A program made the translations under genes and the position numbers. 64,000 bases of DNA, taken from the NCBI GenBank assembly GCA_010405405.1, contig MU004236.1, positions 1,122,070 to 1,186,069 of the forward strand. The letters run 5' to 3'. Positions within the stretch are counted from its first letter, which is position 1; every line of letters starts with the position of its first letter. The stretch is from Microthyrium microscopicum. Taxonomy: Eukaryota. The notes beneath the pieces were generated by a model. The model ran no database searches. It saw nothing but the letters and a program-made list of their open reading frames with translations, and was not told the origin of the DNA. Positions 11,716-24,370 of the stretch are shown here, one piece after another.

Positions 11716-12738
11716 ATGGCCACCAATTCTATAAAGCTTCTCACAGGCAACTCCCATCCAGCTCTCGCTAAAGCTGTAGCCGACCGTCTAGGCATTCAGC
11801 TCTGCAAAATCCTCGTCGTCCAGTATTCAAATCAAGAAACCTCCGTGACAATCGGCGAGAGCGTTCGCGATGAAGACGTCTTCATTCTCCAATCCACTGC
11901 CCCAGGCGACATCAACGACGGCCTCATGGAGCTCCTAATCATGATCAACGCCTGCAAAACCGCATCAGCACGCCGTATAACTGCCGTCATCCCCAACTTC
12001 TTCTACGCGCGTCAAGACAAGAAAGACAAAAGCCGAGCTCCCATCTCCGCCAAACTCATCGCCAACATGCTTCAAACCGCCGGCTGCAACCACGTAATCA
12101 CAATGGGTAGATATGACCCCGCCGAAACTAGCACAATCACAGTCTGACTAACCACGCTCACAGATCTACACGCTTCGCAAATCCAAGGCTTCTTCAACGT
12201 CCCCGTAGACAACCTCTACGCCGAACCCAGCACCCTCCGCTGGATGCGCGAAAACCTCAACGTCCGCGACTGCGTAATCGTCAGCCCCGACGCCGGCGGT
12301 GCCAAACGCGCCACCAGCATAGCCGATGGCCTCGACCTCTCCTTCGCACTCATCCACAAAGAGCGCGCCCGTCCCAACGAAGTTTCACGCATGACGCTTG
12401 TGGGCGACGTCAAGGGCAAAACTGCAGTAATTGTTGATGACATGGCAGACACGTGCGGGACGCTGGTGAAAGCGGCGGACGTGTGTATTCAAAATGGTGC
12501 AAAAGATGCAATGGCGATTGTGACGCATGGGGTGCTGAGTGGAAAGGCGATTGAGGCGCTGAATGGGAGTAAGTTGGTCAAGGTGGTGGTGACGAATACG
12601 GTGCCGCATGAGGAGAAGAAGATGATGTGTGATAAGATTGAGACTATTGATGTTAGTCCGACGTTGGCGGAAGCGTGTCGACGAACGCATAATGGCGAGA
12701 GTGTATCGTTTTTGTTCAAGCATGCACCTGTAGACTAA
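11716..12738 (+). CDS. PRS: Ribose-phosphate pyrophosphokinase (PRPP synthetase), one intron ~12107-12163
   Basis: [26 protein letters not shown] (spanning the intron), VSPDAGG and [11 protein letters not shown] motifs. Confidence 0.96.
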
Positions 12739-13086
12739 AAATGCTGGGATATTCAAATTGACAAAAGTTGCATGGATTGAGGGCGTGTTGGTGCATGGTC
12801 TGGATGGCATTCATTCGACCATACTCTGTAGTATGGATATATCTCGCAGTCGAAAATCGTCAATCGCTTCAGATATCAGTACTTCAATAATGGCCAGAAA
12901 TCTTGTTCACGTTGCAATAATAGGCAGTTTTGAATCATGACTTGAATTTTGATAAAGTCATTATGCTGGCTTGATACCATGCCAACCGTCAAACCGACAG
13001 TATGAGAAAACAGGACTCATGCAAGCTCCCATACTCCGACTAGTGACCTAATTCCACAAGTTTTGTCTAGTACTTATTCCACCAAT

Positions 13087-13927
13087 CTACTTCTTCATCG
13101 ACGATGCTCTACGCTTGCGGGCCTCGGCGTGCTTGTTCTTCTCTTCGGAAACACGTTGGTGGAGGAGCTTGGCATACTCGTTCTGTACACATCATTAATA
13201 TCAAATTGCCACACATAATTCGGACTTGGATACTTACAGCAGCATCCTTGGCAGACTCGGCAGCACGACGCTTCAAGGCCATACGATGGCGCTTGTGCTG
13301 GAGACGTTGAGGAGTAACAAGGCGCTGAATCTTTGGCGCCTTGGTATAAGGCTTCTTGCCCTCCTTCTTCGGGGTGACTTCGCGACGAATAACGAATTTT
13401 CGGACCTACACAGACGGTACAATCAGACTCGGCTTCTTGCAGAAAAAACCGGCGAGAACGATGCTACTCACATCATCCTCCTTGCTGAGACCAAAGAAGC
13501 GGCGAATCTTGGTCGCACGCTTCGGACCCAAACGCTTGGGCAACACAGTATCAGTAAGACCAGGAATCTCGCCCTCGCCCTGCTTCACTACGCTGAGTGC
13601 GAGCACAGATAGATCCATGCCGACGATGCAGCCGCGGACAGATTTGCGCTTGCGTTCACCAGTTCGACGGGGTCGGTAGCAGCTGTGGCCTTTGGAGAGG
13701 AGGAGGCGGACACGGGTTGGGTGCATGACACCCTGCTTCATGGGGAAGCCTTGCTTGTCGTTGCCGCCGGTGATTTTGACGACGTAGCCTTTCCATTCAT
13801 CGCCTAGAGATTCGGCGGAGACTTCGGCGCCCATGCGACGTTCCATGAATACGCGGAGTTTGCGGTCATCTTCGACCTCGAGGAGCTTTTGGGTGCCATT
13901 GGCCGGGTAGGAGATGTTGAGCTTCAT
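13087..13927 (-). CDS. RPS6: 40S ribosomal protein S6 (eS6); introns 13406-13471 and 13183-13237
   Basis: [36 protein letters not shown]; spliced C-terminus [10 protein letters not shown]. Confidence 0.98.
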
Positions 13928-14432
13928 CTTGCCGGTGGTTTGACAAGATTGAAGAACGGGTGGAGATAGGTCGAAATTTAGGTGAGTTTAGGATGAAATT
14001 TGGGGATGGAGGGATTTCGGTGAGTGTGGATGGTGCTTAGACGCAGCTTATTAATGATCTCGAGCCCCTAGGACCAATTAGGCCTAGTGTGTTTTCGAAA
14101 GTATCAACATCTCGATTTCCAAAACTTCTTTCCAAAAGTCTTGTTTTGTACAATATCCAGTGGCTGTTACGTTGCATCAATTCAATGGCCTGATCTATCA
14201 ATACCGTCTTCTTTGTCTTGATCTCCAGTCCGTAAGAAGACGATCTCGACCTAACTTTCAAGCCAATCGCTTCTCACCCTTGGTAGCACGCTCTTGTGTT
14301 CCGAACTATGATTATAGATGGGCTTTGATGAGTGTGCCATCGAGTACGAGAGCCGCTTATACCATCATAGCACGCCGTGGGCGTCATCGTTATGGCTGGA
14401 AACATGCGTATGTCATTGTCTAATTTTTCCGT

Positions 14433-15876
14433 CTAAGATGACATCAAGTTATGCCACTTATTGAACCTATTATTGGGATCATACTTGGCTTTCAACTCTC
14501 TGAGTCGGGCGGTATTCTGACCAAACAGCGCCTCTGTCTTCTCTCCTCCAGAAGCATAGTTCGAATAATGTCCAACAGCTTGAATGTCCTTGGTTCCCAT
14601 CTTCTCCTTGATCAAATCTTGAATATTACGGTTGTGCTGTCTGACTTGAGCATCTCGTGCTGCATCTCTCCACTTCCACAGCAACCCCGCAATGTAAAAT
14701 TCACCGCGATTGCCAAATGCCATTGCAGTATTCGGAGTCTCTTTCACCTTTCTATATGGGATCGTTTCGAACATGATGAGCGTCCCGTCATTGATCCCTT
14801 CATCGTTGACAACCTTGAAAAACTCATCGGCCACATCGTGGACCGTAGTCTTATCAACAGGAAGAACAAAATTGCTTCCACCAAACAGCCTGCGCGCTCC
14901 GTAATCTTGTTGCTCGTTCATGAGTCCATTGATATTGTCGTAGGGCATCATTCCAACATTTTGCATTACAGGGCCAATGTCCAACAATGGCTTGAAGAAT
15001 GCTCTAGCTTTGTCTTCGGGTCCATTATAGAACAATATACAAAACACCACTGGGACGTTGTGTGGAGGAGGGGCTATGAATGCCCATGTTAAGCTCTGGT
15101 CTCCATCTCCATGGTTATGAAACCAGTGAACGAAATCCAGAATTGAGTCAAGCTTTTCGAACGGAAAGATAGCCTGTCCAGCAAAGACTTCACCTTGCTC
15201 ATGAGCTTGATACACAAACTCCGTTACCACGCCAAAAGATTGCCCAGCGCCTCGGATGGCCCAGAAGAGATCCGGTACTGAATCTTTAGAAGTTTGAACG
15301 ATACGACCATCAGCTAGCACAACTGTCGCTGATAACAAATTGTCGACGACAAGGCCATGTCTGCCAGTGAGATATCCATAACCACCTCCTAACGTCAGCC
15401 CCCCTATTCCGGTGTGGTTCACGGCTCCTCCAGTCGTTGCGAGGCCATATTTGCCGGCTGCCTCATCTACATCTTTCCAAAGAGCTCCACCTCCTGCAGT
15501 GATTGTCTTTGCTGTAGGATCAACGTTTACCGAAGTCATATGAGGCCGTAACGCAATCACAATGCCCTCCTCAGTGCAGCTTGACATGGAGGTTGAATGC
15601 CCCCCTCCAGCTACAACGAATGGTACATTTTCAGAGGCACAGAATTGGATAACTTTGGAGACATCCTCCGCAGTTGCAGGTTGGACCACCGCAGGCTGGA
15701 AATTGGGTTAGCAGCTGACAAGTTCCAGTGCATCAATTTCATACAGCTTCTTTTTTGCACGTTGTACTCCATCTTTCGATACTCTCCTCATAGCCAGCAG
15801 CGTCTGGAGTCAAAATGATAGCCTTGTCAGAAAGACCAGAGCTTAACGAATCGAGGTTCGGAATTATCGGGGCCAT
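14433..15876 (-). CDS. FAD-linked oxidoreductase (VAO/BBE-like, FAD_binding_4 + BBE); intron 15696-15744
   Basis: GGGHS flavin-attachment motif, TGIGGLTLGGGYG, DLFWAIRGAG, C-terminal YxNY...LKAKYDPNNRF; first exon MAPIIPNLDSL...EESIERWS read from the sequence. Confidence 0.9.
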
Positions 15877-16614
15877 GTTAATCAAAATGATTGAAAAAGT
15901 TCGTACTTTGAGTGTAGTTGAGGTATGCCCACACGGGAACCTTCAACGTTAGTTGTGTGAACAGTGGAGAGCATTCGATAGCTGCATATTCGCTTATCCT
16001 TTTCCCATCAAGGCTGCTTTGACGATCCGCTGAGAGCTTGAGATCGCAACCGATAGGCAAAATAAATACCGTGCCCCCTTCAACTGCAATGGCTCCCACA
16101 CAACACGCTCTAGTATCGAGTGCTTTATTTGCCATATTGGGCATTCAAACTTAGTTGATTTTATTGATTGCTATTGAATATTTAACACCTCTTGCTTAAA
16201 AGCGTTCGCGGAAGCCAGCGAAGCTGATAGAAGAACGCCAGTCATACGGTTAAGATCTCATCCTTATTGCAACAGTACCGCTTGCACAATATTTACCTAT
16301 TGGTATTTTTATGAAAGCGATTGCCTCCTACTGCATCTAAATAGTTATATGACTGCCAGCATTTAAGTTGATTGACTTGTAGTCTGCCAGCATGTCCATG
16401 GCGAGCTACTCCATATACTGAGATCCTTACTATATATGACCGTAGCTAGGAACGACACTGAAGAGTTCCAGGGAGGTTGTTAGAGCAGTGGAGTAAAGGA
16501 GGCATCGAACTTCGATGTGTCGATCTCAAAAAACACAATAAAAAAACGACTCTGACGCGAGATTTACACAAGCAGCCATAAATATCATTACACCCAAAGT
16601 ATTCGGTGATTCCC

Positions 16615-18383
16615 TTATTTTTGGCGTTGCAAAAACTTGACATTGAAATCCAGCTGCCTCACGAACCACGCATTCAATGTGGTCCACTCTCTTTCCGGCT
16701 CCACAAGTTCAAGCTATTTCTCCGGGTCAGCACTTGTCTTTACAATTAGAAGCAAAGGAACATACCTGAAATCTTCTTAACAGACTCGGTACTAGCTTAT
16801 AGATCTCTAGCAGACTAATATTCTTTCCGATACAGGTTCTTGCCCCCGCACCGAACTGGAACATCGTTGCCTTCATCTCTCTCAACTGCTTCGGCGCAGC
16901 CTCTAGCCATCGCTCTGGCCTGAACGTCTCTACATCCTCCCCAAAAACTTCCCGTCGTCGATGCAGGACCCAAGCATTGCAGCCAACGATTGTGCCTCCT
17001 GGTATACGCTCGCCCATGATTTCTATACCTTGCGCTGGAACGATACGCTCGAGTATTAGACCAGCAGCTGGGTGTAGACGGAACGCTTCTTGGATGACGG
17101 CGTCGAGGTAGGGAAGCTTCTGGCTTGCGGTCCATGATACGATGCAATCTTCTCTGTTTTCAATGATTCCGTCCAAGACTGCTTGGTCGATTTCCGCTAA
17201 CAACTTTGAATATGTTCGTGGATTTTGGAGCAGGTAATATAGCACCGCACTGAGACTGATTGCCGTTGTCTCACTTCCTGCAATAACCATACTCAAAGAA
17301 GTCGTCAGTACCATATCATTCGTCATTATTTCCGGATGCTCAAATTGTGCTTGGGTGAATTTGCTTAACAAGTCGATACCACGGTTTTCCTGTGATTCTG
17401 CTTGCGACACATCCTTTAGCGCGCCGATTCCCTTTTGTTTGATGATGTTCATCTCGTTCTCACGTTCAGCTTGGCGATCGAGTGCAAATTGTGTTGCTGG
17501 GAAAGTCGTTTTCCATAGACCCCATCGCTGGAGTTGCATTCGTATGACATTCTTCTTGAGGAGGAGATCGAGAATCGGCATTTGTCCGATCTATGATAGT
17601 TATCAGCCGTGTTGCTTACCAAGGGTATATCAAAGCTTCAATGAAATAGTGTATTACTATACCGGTCCCGCATAGTCCAAGAAACTTGAGACGAAGTCGA
17701 TAATTCCGTCGACATCTTCATTACGTTCCAGGAATCCGACACGCTTACTCCACGTTAATTCACCGATGACGTCGAATGCAAAGAATTGTACCCATCTCGT
17801 GAGATTGCAAGTCTTGCCTGTATTCTGAAAAAGCTTTTCGGTTTGTTTTAGGAAGACGGCAAGAGTGCTTTCGACGAGCGGCTCATATGGGACAAGACTA
17901 CTCATTGAAAATGCTCCGTTGACACAGCGACGGTAGCGGGCATGATATCCCTCGTCTACGGTTGAAAATAACGATGGCAGCCGTCTACCTTCCACGCTGG
18001 CTTGTTGGACAGGATAGAAATCGGACTAGGAGAGTGATAAGTATTGCTGATATTCTTTTAGGAGATTGATAACAGCAGACCTTGACAAATCCTTTGTTCA
18101 GCCCGTATATCTGCTTCAGTGCTTGAGGGTCTGCAAAGGACAGGACATTTGGCCCTATTCTCACAATATCGCCATATTTTCGGTGAATTTCCTGGAATGT
18201 CTTTTCGCTTTGTCGTCCACAAGCATCAAAAAACCGCCACCAGTCGGTGTAGGCCGCTAACCACGGTCCTGGATATTTAGCCAAGCCATAACGATACTTG
18301 TTGCTCACAAAGTATGTTATGAATGTAGTAGGTACAATCAGACTCCAGTATCTCCAAAAAATAGAAAACAGTTGCACGAACAT
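16615..18383 (-). CDS. Cytochrome P450 (resembles pisatin-demethylase-like fungal P450s), 4 exons
   Basis: N-terminal membrane anchor plus YPGP; AGSETT I-helix; EAFR (ExxR); PERW; heme motif FGAGARTCIG; last exon ends ...KFLQRQK* at 16615. Confidence 0.92.
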
Positions 18384-19080
18384 TACGACATTCAAGTAAC
18401 CTAGAGGTGAGGAATGATTGATCGAAAGTGAGGATGAGCGAGTAGGAGATAAATAGTGGAAATCTAATGAGCATCATGGCATTACTCTTATCATATATCC
18501 ATCTGCTAGTACTCTAACCACTTTTCTTCGGCAATTAAAGTCATGCGGTATACCAAGTGGCAACGCGTTCTCAAGACCACATTTGCCATCGAAGACACGA
18601 TAAGCTTTGAGAGAGATACTTCATAGTCAAAAGTTTGAACTCATTTCGGCAGTTGACCTTCGGGCAAGTGGAGAAGAAGGGCCTATATCAATAATAACAT
18701 GGAGGATGAATGAGGGATGAATGTAAGGATGTGGGGAATATGGAGGGGACTTTCAATCGCTGTTACCCCTTACCTGGTCGTGGATTGGTTCATCGGCAGT
18801 TCACTTCGGCATTCGAAGGCGAGTTTGCCTGCGTCTCGCCTTGAGTACTGTGCGGCAGATGCGAATCAGTGGTGAGAGGTATTGCTGTTTAGATACCTAC
18901 AGAGGCTGTGAGAATCGATCAGCATCTGCTGAATCGATATTGACATTTTCATGTCGAGATGCCTGCAGCTGGAACATACGAACTCATAGGATATATTTAC
19001 TAAGCCTTTAATAAAGCGATTTAGCGTACCTAGATTGCCACGTCGCGATTCTAGGCAACTTGCAGATTTCGCTTCAGGTT

Positions 19081-19118
19081 TGAGAGGTAGTGCATGAGAG
19101 GTAGTGCATGAGAGGTAG
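19081..19118. repeat. Short tandem repeat, 14-mer TGAGAGGTAGTGCA x2.7
   Basis: Seen directly in the sequence. Confidence 0.9.
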
Positions 19119-20113
19119 AAGAGAACGGTCGCACGAGGAGGAACTCCTTTCAAGCGCCAAAGTGTCAATGGGTCGATAAAATAAAAGGCGCGCTCTTATT
19201 AGCCTCGTTGGCTCCCAGAGGCTAGGATATTCTACTGAGTGCTTTCTTTCCCATGGAGGATGTTCAAAGTCGAATGATTTATCGAATACAATAGGAAATA
19301 TAGCGTCTATTGCTTCAGAGCGTTGGTGGCCGCTAACAGATTTTATGGGAGAACGCCATATGTTCTGCCATGCCGTTGGCCTGCATCAAGCCTGAGTTAC
19401 TTACTCTTGCTGTTACAATAGTCGTCTTCATACCTGTAGGCTGTCGCAAGAGTTAGTCGTTGCTGGCCTTGAGACCTCTCCATGGACCATGAGAGAAAGT
19501 TGAGCTACCAGAATTTCAAGTCGGCATCTAATCGACACTAGGTACTTCATAACAAGTTTCATGCAATGCAAGATCAAATGCAAATCTGGGCAATCATTCC
19601 TGTATGGGACGGGTAGTGAAATTCAAATACACAATGGCGAGGTTTGTTTTTATCAATTCGGATAATAAGAAGTTGAGGAATGTGAAGTTACACAACGCCT
19701 TTGAATGATAAAATGATAATCTCATTTGTCTGTAAAAGCCACTTCGCGGCCTCTAAACCAAAAGAGCAACAAGTCCTATCTGACATGATCTTGACCCCTT
19801 ACTCAAGCAAGCCAACACTCCACATCATCAGCCCCGCGTGTTTCAACTTTTTGCCCAAGACAATGTGACAGCCATGGAATAAGAATCTCCAAATCGCAAG
19901 TTCTTAAAAATTGTCCTATCATTCAGCTCTTCGGTTGTAGGTCCTCTGCGGCCGTAATCATTCTCATCACTCTTTTATACTAATTGGATACATGAAACTA
20001 CTAGCAATTCCTTTCTTATCATTCATTTCAACTGAGGATATTCTGTGCAACGAATTGAGAAGTCATTGCAGCACTTCCTAGTCTTAACACCTATAATATA
20101 AACATCTTTCGAG

Positions 20114-21415
20114 ATGCCATTCCTGGCGAGATTGGGACAGAGCGATGAACGATACCAGTGGGCTCCAATCAGGGACAGTAACTTTGGCAATTCCTCCCAC
20201 ACGTCTGCCTTTCATACATCCCGACCCAAAGCAAGACTATCAAGGCCGCCCATATTTCCCGAAGGAGAGGGAATAACCTCACCACTTTCACCGCCTCCTG
20301 CGTACAGTGAGCTTCGCAATTTCAACCGACGACAAGATTTTGGCCCTGGAGTAGACGCAGGTATATCACCTGGACGCCCTTTATCGGCAGTATCAGCGCT
20401 GGATGAAACCGCTCAAGAGCAGCTTACCAGTAATAACATAGCAAGGCTAAACAATGTCCGATATGGTGAAGTGACTCGTCAGGCACAAGTGAAGTCAAGA
20501 ATATCAACAGTCTCTCAGTATCCAGTTCTATTCAACACGGACGCCACTTCAAATGATCATCCGCGAAGATTGTCCACCAGAAGGCGACCGATTTCCATTG
20601 CAAGCACGAGCACTACTGGCATATACCTAGCAGTTGGAAATCTCCCAGGCTCTGAGCCTTTTGATCTTCAGCCTCCCACACAAGAAATTCTTGACCGGCA
20701 CGCCGGACGGCCGGCTGCGCCGGTAGCATCATCCACTCTAAACATGCCCGGAGGCAGACGGGAAGTCTATCAAACGGCCCAGGCAGTTCGTGTTCTTGCC
20801 CGCAACACACCAAACGCCTCAACAACTTCAGTGAATCGACTTGATAGAGTTTCGGTAGTATCGACTGGAAGTGGACAAGATCAATCACTGGGACGACATC
20901 GATCCGTCAGCACAACCTCGATTCCTTACACTTCTCCTAATAGAAGACCATCTATACAGCCCAGCAATACGTGGCCTTCGAATGGCAATCGACAATCTAT
21001 GAGTCGACTTCGTGATGTCAGCCAACCAACAACAAACGAGTTGCCCCCTCCGCCCTTGCCAAAAGATGAAGGATACATTCCCCGTGCGAATAGGAGACGT
21101 CGAGGCGAAATACGGTGCTATTCATCCACACCACAGTTATCATCGCAGACGACATCGGCAATGCAACGTGAGGGAATAATCAAAGAGCATAGTGGAGTCG
21201 GGCAAGATAAACCCCCTCGAAGCTGGTTCGCAAGTCTTGGAGCCAGTAGGAACCCACAACGCAGGAGCAGACTGCCTATATTACAGAAGATATCACGGCA
21301 AAATTTGAATGACGAGAAGTCGCCATCCAACCGTCGTTCGCAGCTCCTTTTGGCCTGTGCACGTTTAGTCGGTCGCTTTGTGCCTAGAGTCGCAGAACAC
21401 AAGGGTCCCCGATGA
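20114..21415 (+). CDS. Hypothetical S/R/P-rich, probably disordered protein (433 aa)
   Basis: Long intronless ORF with ATG, preceded by TATAATATAA at ~20093; no recognisable domain (one PPPAY motif). Confidence 0.6.
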   Translation: MPFLARLGQSDERYQWAPIRDSNFGNSSHTSAFHTSRPKARLSRPPIFPEGEGITSPLSPPPAYSELRNFNRRQDFGPGVDAGISPGRPLSAVSALDETAQEQLTSNNIARLNNVRYGEVTRQAQVKSRISTVSQYPVLFNTDATSNDHPRRLSTRRRPISIASTSTTGIYLAVGNLPGSEPFDLQPPTQEILDRHAGRPAAPVASSTLNMPGGRREVYQTAQAVRVLARNTPNASTTSVNRLDRVSVVSTGSGQDQSLGRHRSVSTTSIPYTSPNRRPSIQPSNTWPSNGNRQSMSRLRDVSQPTTNELPPPPLPKDEGYIPRANRRRRGEIRCYSSTPQLSSQTTSAMQREGIIKEHSGVGQDKPPRSWFASLGASRNPQRRSRLPILQKISRQNLNDEKSPSNRRSQLLLACARLVGRFVPRVAEHKGPR

Positions 21416-23098
21416 CAATAAGACTGCCTAAGCTCCCGCCGACTTGGGATTTGACAGTGATGGTGACCGCAAGATGGCATGGTACCTGCGCAGCGGCTAC
21501 GGATGGCCCGTGGCAAGCGAAGAATGGAATACTTCGGAGAGATTTCTGGAAAGCATGTGAAGCCGTGCGTACTATATTTCCTTGCTGACCCAGCCGTGGG
21601 CGATATTTGTGTTGATATATGTTGGTCGGCAAGGAGTCGGATGGCAACGGATAGGGCATGATCTTGACTGCTACGAAACATTCTGGATGTGATTTCTTAT
21701 CATGGAAAGGAGAAGCCGGCTTCTACACGAGGCGGTACTGTCAGTCGTCACTGAAGTATTCAAAACCCAGATCTGGAGTCGGCAAGGCTGTGCGAATACA
21801 TCGCCTCGGGGTTCTTCAGCCTGATTCAAAGTTCACACTAAGAATAAAATTAATCAATGTCAAATGATGCTCACCCGATTCCCGAATATTAGGAAACAAA
21901 ACTAGCAGCGATCTCACCTATACAGCCTGTCCCTGCATTACGATCAATCCGAGCCGCTAATATATTGCTGTCTGAACAAAGAGTCTTGCACAAAGGGGGT
22001 ACAAGACTTGAGCATCATGATTGGTGTTGAGCTCAGACTTGAGCAATGATAATATCCCCGAGATCCCCACGCTCTCACAGTTCGCGGATCTTTCTGTAGA
22101 CAAATGGTTCATTGGTAATGACTTGTTCGCAGCGCCTAGAGTCCAGTCATCTAAATGCAGCCTTTTCACGGTGGACAGTGCTCTTGTTTCATCTCTACCC
22201 AGGCCTCAGTGGCTTGGGTCAAATCAGTGGCCAGTATTAGTTGCTCACCAACAACGTTTTGAAGCACGGTAAACATTTCAAAACGATCGATCTAAGAAGG
22301 CGAAGCCAACCCAAAATAGAGGTAGGTGGTCGTTTCTCGGACCCGTATTTGTCGTTCTCATTATCAGTATCTCTTTCTGCCCCTGCTCTTAAGCTTAGTT
22401 ATATGTTGATGGATATAGCAAAAGTGAGAGCACTGCCAGAAATTATTTTCTTGCCAGCAGAACCCGGCAGGGGTTTTACTGAGATCCAATAAATCATCGG
22501 AGCACCATTCCCTCTATAGATCGCCGTGGCGACGAACTCTCAGGGCCTTGCTCTTGCATCATCACCACAGCCAGTCAAACTTCAGTACTGGGGTTTAGAA
22601 GAAATGGAGCCAGCACGACAAACAGGAGAACATGCTGCCGGTAGCCCACGCTCATCCCATGTCAACTGAGCATAACATGGCGTTTGTACAGGGTTTTGTA
22701 AGGCTCGCGTGGGTCTAGGGACGACGCGGAAGTCTGCGATTACGAAAGGCGACTGGATAATCACAGCCTCATCAGCCTTGCATACAAGCAAGTCAGCGTG
22801 TCGCAGTCGGTGACAAGAATACTTCTTTCTATTTAGCCTTGACCTTGTACACCTCGCGCGATTCTTCTACCCCATGTTTTTTGAGACCGTTGATATAATT
22901 TCTTTTCAATCCACCCATCCCGAGGCTGACAGTTCTCAACGTTGATAGGACCATCCCCACAACTTTGGCGTATTTACTTCTTTGGCGTTTTCCATATCCC
23001 TACGCTGCTGCCACCCTTAATTTTCAGTTCTTTTCTGCACCTTCTTGGTTCATAAAGACTCTACTCACTGCCCATGATATCTTGAGTTGTTCTTGACA

Positions 23099-24370
23099 AT
23101 GTATCCACCACCTCAGACGCACTTGCCAGCTCCGCCTTCACCAAAGCTTGCCCCGGATCCCCATCACCTTGCAACTGTTCTTAGAGCCTACTCTAACCGC
23201 CACACACATCCAGAACCTTTTTCATACGAATATATCTTTGAAGAAGGCAAACTTCCACTTCTAGCCGAGTTTCATCCTAAACCGCGGAGACATCAGCCCG
23301 ACCGGACTCTACCATCACAACCTCAAGTCTCTTCATCTGGGAAGCTACAGCGAAGCATGACTTCAAAAAGGAATGAGAAGCGAACTCATTTCGATCTAAC
23401 ACCTTCCACAATACCAACTCCAGCACCTGAATCAACATCTGACAAGCTCAAACGTGCTTTCTCCCTCTCAGGGATGAGATCGTCTTCACCAAAGCGGTCA
23501 TTTTCACAATCACGACCACGACAAGCGCCCATCCCAAGGAGAATATCAACAACTGCCACACCATCTGACTCAAGGGTACCATCTCTTGTACTACCGACCC
23601 CATCTCCAAGTCCCGATCCAGAGCGAAGTTCGTTTGCCTCATCACACAAAGACTTTCTACCTCCGGTCAACTACTCACTTCCTCGCGCCTCGTGGGCTTC
23701 TTATGATGATGAGGATTATCATGACCTCACATATCTCCGCGAGAATGCTGTGGGACGACTCAGCCCGAGTCCCCTGCCTACTATGGAGTTCAGACGAGAC
23801 AAAGCTCTGGCCCTTCTTGGTATCACTGATCCAATGAGTCCACCCTATACTCCCGCAGGCTCAAAGGCGCCATCTTTCGTGGGCCAGCACTCAAGAGTGA
23901 GCTCCAGAAGAACTTCCACAGAGACGAGAAGGAGCCAACATTTCCCACACCCAGACGATACACCACGGGCACCTTCAAGACCAGCCAACATCAGAGAAGA
24001 AACACCTAAATCCATGCCGGCCCCATTTGACGAAGACATCATTACCGTAGTGCAAGGCTCAACGATCGAAGCACCCCGTCCTCGACCGCCATTACGACGC
24101 AAGACATCGAAGTTTATTGAGCACCTTGATGCCAATGCCGACAAGCTTGTTGGGAACACACGGCCTCCGCTTGTCATCGTTACGGAAGCAAAAGCACAGA
24201 CGGAACCAATGCTACTTCATTCAGCTCCTCGCACAGCAGGGTCACTCCGAACAGAGTCGCTGGGCACTTCGTCTTCGACGCCGAAACATGCCTCTTGGGG
24301 AGCCGAGGTATGCACAGCACAGGCCAGGCCAATTGTGGCGACAGGCCATGGGAGGATAATATCGTCATGA
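23099..24370 (+). CDS. Hypothetical S/P-rich protein
   Basis: Long ORF with first ATG at 23099, after a pyrimidine-rich leader; no recognisable domain. Confidence 0.6.
   Translation: MYPPPQTHLPAPPSPKLAPDPHHLATVLRAYSNRHTHPEPFSYEYIFEEGKLPLLAEFHPKPRRHQPDRTLPSQPQVSSSGKLQRSMTSKRNEKRTHFDLTPSTIPTPAPESTSDKLKRAFSLSGMRSSSPKRSFSQSRPRQAPIPRRISTTATPSDSRVPSLVLPTPSPSPDPERSSFASSHKDFLPPVNYSLPRASWASYDDEDYHDLTYLRENAVGRLSPSPLPTMEFRRDKALALLGITDPMSPPYTPAGSKAPSFVGQHSRVSSRRTSTETRRSQHFPHPDDTPRAPSRPANIREETPKSMPAPFDEDIITVVQGSTIEAPRPRPPLRRKTSKFIEHLDANADKLVGNTRPPLVIVTEAKAQTEPMLLHSAPRTAGSLRTESLGTSSSTPKHASWGAEVCTAQARPIVATGHGRIISS

Noticed and set aside
18745..18845. GAAAGTCCCC (RNase MRP-like, minus strand) and CTTACCTGG (U1-like, plus strand) with a nearby 8-bp hairpin
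   Set aside because: The partner motifs (GGGGCTTA for P4; the U1 loop I and Sm site) were not found.
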